Positions 39,050 to 42,174 of a DNA stretch of 42,174 bases are shown here, in pieces (position 1 is the first letter of the stretch; every line of letters starts with the position of its first letter). Both the position numbers and the translations under genes were made by a program. The stretch comes from a virus. The DNA is taken from IMG/VR virus record IMGVR_UViG_3300029532_000009, positions 1 through 42,174 of that record; one strand, given 5' to 3'. A model generated the notes under the pieces. It worked only from the letters and a program-made list of their open reading frames with translations. It did not search any database and had not been told where the DNA came from.

Positions 39050-39700
39050 TCAATCCTCCATCGGGGCTTCGTAAGATTCACAGTCAACATTTGCACCCAT
39101 GAGGACCTCCGGGCACTCCGCACGAGCAAAATAAGCGGCTGCGCGATACTTGAGCATCATCTCGGTCATCTTGGGCCAGAAGCTGTTGGGCTTGTCCCAC
39201 CACCCGGAATCCTTTGCCATTTTGACTGTGACCTTCGGCCCCTCGATTTTCTCACCGGTGACCTTGTCCACACCGATCAGGCGGCATCCCCAGTTGTCCT
39301 TGCCTTCCTCGCCCTCCATGCGGTAGCGGGTGCGACCGGCAAACTGTCCGGAATTATCAATCAGGGCTTTGCAGCTCTTGCCGCTCCAGGACGGATTACC
39401 CCGCACGACATACAGATTCTGCATGACGAAGGTCGGGTCCATGCCCATTCTGGCCGCCATGTTGCAGGCAACGGCACAGGCAGCGACGTTGCCTTTATAG
39501 CTCTGCGGAACCATGCCGTCCGGAAGCTGAGCGTATGCTTTTCCCATGCTGCAAGCAAGCTTCCAACTGCTGATTGCAGCGCTCGCGTTGAAGTTCTGAA
39601 TAGTGGTTTCTTCTGAAATTGCCTGGGGGATAGCATTTTCATGCACCTGCGCAGGCTGTTGCTGTTCGACAATGATTGGTTTGGCAGCGGTATCAGGCAT
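39050..39700 (-). CDS. recT: RecT-family single-strand annealing protein
   Basis: ATG 39700 overlaps the upstream stop (ATGCCTGA). MGMDPTFVMQNLYVVRGNPSWSGKSCKALIDNSG...FWPKMTEMMLKYRAAAYFARAECPEVLMG. Confidence 0.7.
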   Translation of the reverse strand: MPDTAAKPIIVEQQQPAQVHENAIPQAISEETTIQNFNASAAISSWKLACSMGKAYAQLPDGMVPQSYKGNVAACAVACNMAARMGMDPTFVMQNLYVVRGNPSWSGKSCKALIDNSGQFAGRTRYRMEGEEGKDNWGCRLIGVDKVTGEKIEGPKVTVKMAKDSGWWDKPNSFWPKMTEMMLKYRAAAYFARAECPEVLMGANVDCESYEAPMED

Positions 39701-40337
39701 GGTGGATTTCCTCCTCTGTGAATTTGATTTGAATGATATTTGCAAAGCGCTTGATCGCATCCAGATCCGACTTTGTGCAGTGAAAAACAATTTTGCGGTC
39801 GCGCGGCTCTTCGTGCTCGGTAAAGCTCATAAATTCGCCGTCATTGTATTCGTCAGGGTCAAAGTCGAACTTTTCCATGGGGTCTTTGAAGGACACAGAC
39901 GGCTTTACAAGGTTTATCACATTCGGATTCTGCTGGGGCCCCTTGTAGTTGTCTGGCAAGCCATTGATGACTGCCTCATGCAGCAGGGTACGGTACTCAT
40001 TCCCGTAACAAAAATCAATGCTTTCGTACGGTTCAGGCATGACCTCCGCGCCGCCCGCTGCGTGGATGATGTCAATATCGCACATCATCCTTCCGACCAT
40101 CCTGTAAATGTTGTCAATTACGGCTCGGCTGAAAGTATCGTCCATGTACCCTTTTTCGGCGAACGTCGTGAAAAAGGACACTGCGTGGTTGATCTCGCTT
40201 GCGAGGTCATTTCCGGCATTGATGAGCCGGAACGTCATGTGCTGCGGGCCGACATAGTAGTAAATACCCTCGGCCTTGTTGGAAAGGTCTTTGACGCGTT
40301 CCCTCTTGGTCATACGCTTCATGCGTTCTTTCTGCAT
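39693..40337 (-). CDS. Hypothetical protein (214 aa), translationally coupled to RecT
   Basis: No recognisable motif. Occupies the position where an exonuclease partner is usually encoded. Confidence 0.5.
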   Translation of the reverse strand: MQKERMKRMTKRERVKDLSNKAEGIYYYVGPQHMTFRLINAGNDLASEINHAVSFFTTFAEKGYMDDTFSRAVIDNIYRMVGRMMCDIDIIHAAGGAEVMPEPYESIDFCYGNEYRTLLHEAVINGLPDNYKGPQQNPNVINLVKPSVSFKDPMEKFDFDPDEYNDGEFMSFTEHEEPRDRKIVFHCTKSDLDAIKRFANIIQIKFTEEEIHHA

Positions 40338-40343
40338 AAATAT

Positions 40344-40538
40344 TCACCTCGAATAGATCAGGTTGCCCAGGGCGTCCTTGACGTCGATCTGGCTGTATTC
40401 GCCGGTCTGGATCTGCTCATCTGCCCAGTGCTGGGCGTCCACGCTGGCCTTGACCGGCTCGCCCTCAAAGCATTGCACGTCAATGCTGCAGTGCTCTTTG
40501 CGGTGTCCGTAGCAATAGTAAAATGCCACGTCATGCAT
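40344..40538 (-). CDS. Hypothetical protein (64 aa)
   Basis: AGGAGG RBS. MHDVAFYYCYGHRKEHCSIDVQCFEGEPVKASVDAQHWADEQIQTGEYSQIDV... Confidence 0.5.
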   Translation of the reverse strand: MHDVAFYYCYGHRKEHCSIDVQCFEGEPVKASVDAQHWADEQIQTGEYSQIDVKDALGNLIYSR

Positions 40539-40718
40539 TGTAAAAACCTCCTGTTTGTGATATCTTTGTGGTGATGGAGGTCTGGAACCCCGTCACCTTG
40601 TGGTCTGTCCGTGCTGGAACACACTGGCAGGCTGCTTCTTTTTGCGCTTGCGGCGCTGCGGCAGGCTGTCCACCTCACTTCTGGGAATGCGTTCCCGCCG
40701 GATGGTGTACTTGACGTG

Positions 40719-40882
40719 TCAGCTTCCGTCGTGCAGCCAGTGGCTCACTGCACTGGCGAAGCTGCCGGAGCTGGAATACCCCAGCCGTCGGGCGCACATT
40801 GCCGCCGTGCCGGATGCTACCAGATCTCCGGTCTTGGCATCCCAGACGGTGTACCACATGACATGGTGGACAGTGTCAGGCA
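40719..40882 (-). CDS. Hypothetical protein (54 aa)
   Basis: ATG 40882 follows GGAGG. MPDTVHHVMWYTVWDAKTGDLVASGTAAMCARRLGYSSSGSFASAVSHWLHDGS. The longer track ORF (to 41063) overlaps the previous gene. Confidence 0.45.
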
Positions 40883-41085
40883 TACGTGACCTCCCCGGAC
40901 TCCTCTTGCAGCATCTCCAGCACGTTGTCCATTTCTTCGGCGCACATCTCCCAGACGTTTGCCCGTGCGGAGTATCCGGCCCGGACAACAATGTCATCTG
41001 AGGCTTCGGCTTCTCGCCTGCAGCGTTCGGCAAGCCGCGTGTAGGATTTGACTTTGCCCTCAACGTACTCTTTGGCCGTCATCAT
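40876..41085 (-). CDS. Hypothetical protein (69 aa)
   Basis: MMTAKEYVEGKVKSYTRLAERCRREAEASDDIVVRAGYSARANVWEMCAEEMDNVLEMLQEE, helical. Confidence 0.5.
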   Translation of the reverse strand: MMTAKEYVEGKVKSYTRLAERCRREAEASDDIVVRAGYSARANVWEMCAEEMDNVLEMLQEESGEVTYA

Positions 41086-41366
41086 GCCCCACGCTCCTGA
41101 TTCTCCGGGTATTCCGGGTTGCGGGCGTGGGCACGGTTGATCTTGCCGTACTTGCGCCGCTTTGCGGCTCTCTCCCTGTCCTCTGCGGCAAAGCCCAGAC
41201 GAGCCAGCAGAACAGCGGCCAAAATCAGCGCCAGCGACACCGCAAACAGCGTGCCGGAGATGTATCCAGTGGTCTGCGCGGTGCCCTCTGCGCCCATAGC
41301 TGTGCCCATTCCAACGCCGCCAAAAACGACAGCCAACCAGTAGTAAGTAGTAGATTTGAGTTTCAT
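41082..41366 (-). CDS. Membrane protein (2 TM helices)
   Basis: ATG 41366 follows AAAGGAGG. MKLKSTTYYWLAVVFGGVGMGTAMGAEGTAQTTGYISGTLFAVSLALILAAVLLARL... Confidence 0.55.
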   Translation of the reverse strand: MKLKSTTYYWLAVVFGGVGMGTAMGAEGTAQTTGYISGTLFAVSLALILAAVLLARLGFAAEDRERAAKRRKYGKINRAHARNPEYPENQERGA

Positions 41367-41599
41367 TCTTTCGGATCCTCCTTTGTATAAACCTTTTCGA
41401 GCTTGTAAAAATCCTTCACCCACGCCATAAATCCGGCACGGGAGATCAGCGGAGCCGCACTCTTGGTGTCAATGGATGGCACCGCCCATGCCGGGAAGCT
41501 GCCAGCCTGAATCATACCGGTAAAGATCGGCTCGCTCACTGAAATGTTGTTATCACGCATGATCTGGCAGCACTCTGCGATTCCCATGCTCGGCTTCAT
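41363..41599 (-). CDS. Excisionase-like HTH protein (putative)
   Basis: AAGGAGGTG RBS. IAECCQIMRDNNISVSEPIFTGMIQAGSFPAWAVP...APLISRAGFMAWVKDF resembles the Xis/MerR-type HTH_17 layout. Confidence 0.4.
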   Translation of the reverse strand: MKPSMGIAECCQIMRDNNISVSEPIFTGMIQAGSFPAWAVPSIDTKSAAPLISRAGFMAWVKDFYKLEKVYTKEDPKE

Positions 41600-41717
41600 T
41601 ATCGTCCACCTCCTTTTTTGTTCTCAGCTGCCGTTTCAGCCGGATATGCTCCAACCGCTCCGGCTGCCTTGCATCCCAGTGCTGTTCAAGCCAACGCTTG
41701 TTGTAGTGCTTCTTCAC
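41553..41717 (-). CDS. Small basic ORF (54 aa), uncertain
   Basis: GTG 41717 overlaps the stop of the repeat gene (GTGA). VKKHYNKRWLEQHWDARQPERLEHIRLKRQLRTKKEV... Overlaps the next gene by 47 nt. Too short for the ORF track. Confidence 0.3.
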   Translation of the reverse strand: MKKHYNKRWLEQHWDARQPERLEHIRLKRQLRTKKEVDDNEAEHGNRRVLPDHA

Positions 41718-42174
41718 GGTGCAGCCTCCACAAACTCGCCGTTTTTGAGGGTATAGTAAACGCTTTCTTTGATGGCAGAACCGTCTACGCGGGACATTTT
41801 GGCGCAGATCATGTGACCGTCATCATCGTACTCGGTCAGCACCAGATAGCAGCCCAGTGCGCCGCACGCCTTACCGCAAGCACCGTTTACAACGGCAATG
41901 CTATCTTTTCCGTCTGCTTTTGCGTTGCAATAAGCCCCAGTGGCTGCCGCCGTGCTGTAATCGCCGCTGGAACCCGCCGTGCTGTAATCGCCGCTGGAGC
42001 CCGCCGTGCTGTAATCGCCGCTGGAACCCGCCGTGCTGGAATAGCCGCTGGAACCCGCCGTGCTGTAATCGCCGCTGGAACCCGCCGTGCTGGAATAGCC
42101 GCTGGAACCCGCCGTGCTGTAACGGCCGCTGGAACCCGCCGTGCTGTAACGGCCGCTGGAACCCGCCGTGCTGT
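41714..42174 (-). CDS. C-terminal part of the junction-spanning repeat protein
   Basis: The frame is open from the window end to TGA at 41714-41716. Repeats GSSG(D/R)YSTA / GSSGYSSTA, then AATGAYCNAKADGKDSIAVVNGACGKACGALGCYLVLTEYDDDGHMICAKMSRVDGSAIKESVYYTLKNGEFVEAAP. Not in the ORF track. Confidence 0.8.
   Translation of the reverse strand, partial: STAGSSGRYSTAGSSGRYSTAGSSGYSSTAGSSGDYSTAGSSGYSSTAGSSGDYSTAGSSGDYSTAGSSGDYSTAAATGAYCNAKADGKDSIAVVNGACGKACGALGCYLVLTEYDDDGHMICAKMSRVDGSAIKESVYYTLKNGEFVEAAP
41948..42174. repeat. 27-nt tandem repeat, 8 full units plus 11 nt
   Basis: Units start at 41948, 41975, 42002, 42029, 42056, 42083, 42110 and 42137, with a partial unit from 42164. There are three sequence variants (..gtaatcgcc.., ..ggaatagcc.., ..gtaacggcc..). 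Confidence 0.95.

Larger units (their letters stand above)
1..42174. mobile_element. Complete temperate tailed-phage genome, circularly closed (unit about 42109 bp after removing the 65-nt terminal overlap)
   Basis: Uninterrupted phage modules (switch, integrase+attP, lysis, tail, head, terminase, tRNAs, recombination/replication). No cellular housekeeping genes. nt 1-65 are identical to nt 42110-42174, and a minus-strand ORF is in frame across the junction. Confidence 0.85.

Noticed and set aside
38654-40574. Two ~320-aa plus-strand ORFs (38654..39616 and 39603..40574)
   Set aside because: Antisense to the SSB, RecT and 214-aa genes. Composition is typical of reverse-frame translation of GC-rich coding DNA.
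40358-40678. 106-aa minus-strand ORF bridging the gap 40539-40718
   Set aside because: It is Arg/Ser/Thr/Ala-rich. It overlaps out of frame the 64-aa gene, which has a strong AGGAGG RBS, and has no RBS of its own. A 26-codon basic peptide in the gap has an RBS too close to its GTG.
1-42174. Integrated prophage flanked by host DNA
   Set aside because: No host genes are present. attP is unrecombined and internal, and the two ends overlap and complete one gene in frame.

Overview
The window is one complete temperate tailed-phage genome (siphovirus-like) that closes on itself. The first 65 nt equal the last 65 nt. A minus-strand gene runs in frame across that junction, so the unit length is about 42109 bp. 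GC is high by eye, with two visibly lower-GC islands, and nearly every start has a Firmicutes-style GGAGG ribosome-binding site. Almost all genes are on the minus strand. Reading in the direction of transcription, from high to low coordinates and wrapping around:

- **Early genes:** Cro-like regulator, membrane protein, HTH protein, Bro-N antirepressor and a 9-aa-repeat protein that spans the junction.
- **Small early proteins**, followed by RecT and SSB.
- **Replication and DNA modification:** a replication organiser with embedded iterons, a frameshifted C5-methyltransferase-like gene, an ASCH protein and RusA.
- **Late control:** a sigma-region-4-like regulator.
- **A 1.3-kb non-coding block** of tRNA and tRNA-like genes.
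- **Packaging and head:** TerS, TerL, portal, an adenine-methyltransferase-like gene and a MuF-type minor head protein. A ~2.6-kb accessory island interrupts the module here, followed by scaffold and major capsid.
- **Tail:** connectors, major tail protein, G/GT chaperones, tape measure, Dit, Tal and a fibre.
- **Lysis cassette**, followed by a second, collagen-like fibre.
- **A plus-strand moron block.**
- **A Q/N-rich accessory cluster.**
- **attP** (a tRNA-Thr 3' fragment).

The integrase, an XRE-type HTH protein and the CI-like repressor sit on the plus strand.

The items most worth following up are:
- the non-canonical tRNA-like genes and the duplicated tRNA-Lys(UUU);
- the accessory island inside the head module, with its orphan promoter-terminator pair;
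- the C9 tract that splits a methyltransferase;
- the junction-spanning repeat gene;
- the Q/N-rich cluster with spore-surface-like features next to attP.

All functional calls rest on motif recognition by eye. No BLAST, HMM or RNA-folding software was available, so start codons, RNA folds and family names need confirmation.
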